Notes under the pieces: model-generated
Told to the model about the DNA's origin: nothing
Database searches by the model: none
What the model saw: only the letters and a program-made list of their open reading frames with translations
Part shown: piece by piece, positions 63,668-64,000 of the stretch
Numbering within the stretch: position 1 is the stretch's first letter
How the letters are laid out: each line of letters begins with the position of its first letter
Position numbers and translations under genes: made by a program
IMG/VR virus record: IMGVR_UViG_3300021399_000152
Coordinates: 1 to 64,000 of that record
DNA from: a virus
Direction: 5' to 3' (one strand)
DNA: 64,000 bases

Positions 63668-63913
63668 TCTCACCACCGCCTTTCTGTCTGCGTTTCTTAG
63701 CGTTTTCATAATAGATATCGTTGAGCAGCTCTTTCTCATAATCGGAGAGCCCGCTCAAGTCAAAAGAAATGGAGTCCTCTGTGACTACGGGGTCGCCGAT
63801 GTGAACCTCGCCGTACTCAACAGAGAACTCGTATTCAATCGCTGCTTTTATTTCATATGCGACACTTGTCAGGTAGTCTTTGATCTTAGCCTTGAACATT
63901 TCCTCAAGTTGCA
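63657..63913 (-). CDS. head-tail connector/neck small protein
   Basis: ORF with AAAGGCAGG RBS. Confidence 0.45.
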
Positions 63914-64000
63914 TAGTCAAGACCGCCTGCCTTTTCGTTACACCACAGCACGAGTGTACCGCTTGTCTGCTCCAGATTCAGACCAGACCGGTTGACATCA
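63904..64000 (-). CDS. 3' end of upstream structural gene (partial)
   Basis: Open frame from window edge to TGA overlapping next start. Confidence 0.3.
   Translation of the reverse strand, partial: DVNRSGLNLEQTSGTLVLWCNEKAGGLDYAT

Overview
This window reads as a segment of a temperate, long-tailed (siphovirus-like) phage genome, probably from a Gram-positive, Clostridia-like host. That guess rests on a SpoIID/NlpC-P60/SH3b endolysin, the TP901-type tape measure core and the 'MADIS..TYNLKDA' fibre N-termini. The layout has three parts. (1) 1-21.5 kb on the + strand is a dense early/moron region of more than 60 very small co-directional genes. Many are Cys4 zinc ribbons. It also holds Lar-like anti-restriction paralogs, a DUF551 pair, a DUF488 gene, an SPFH/band-7 gene, a DHH-DHHA1 phosphoesterase and a ligase-like nucleotidyltransferase. 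These are interleaved with islands of RNA genes: a tRNA-Gln, an 'armless' tRNA-like minihelix, and a family of at least seven unusual tRNA-Leu-derived structured RNAs carrying large internal insertions. (2) 20.4-21.9 kb carries a tyrosine integrase followed by an attP-like core (a tRNA-Met/Ile(CAU) 3' fragment with its own terminator), repeated TTGCACAAA half-sites and 32-bp direct repeats. (3) 21.9-64 kb on the - strand carries the lysis cassette (two holin-like genes and a tri-domain endolysin) and a complete tail module: neck protein, major tail protein, a G/GT chaperone with a canonical A_AAA_AAC slippery site, a giant 5,803-aa tape measure ORF, Dit, a 1,920-aa Tal and at least five fibre/receptor-binding proteins with modular N-termini and heavy internal repeats. 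The headline finding is the tape measure ORF. Its C-terminal ~3,350 aa is a bona fide TP901-like tape measure. Its N-terminal ~2,400 aa is a polyvalent-protein-like extension containing a beta-like 'RMFGYKGV' motif, a beta'-like 'GADFDGD' motif ~350 aa downstream (two-barrel RNA polymerase signature) and a RecB-like PD-(D/E)xK nuclease motif set.
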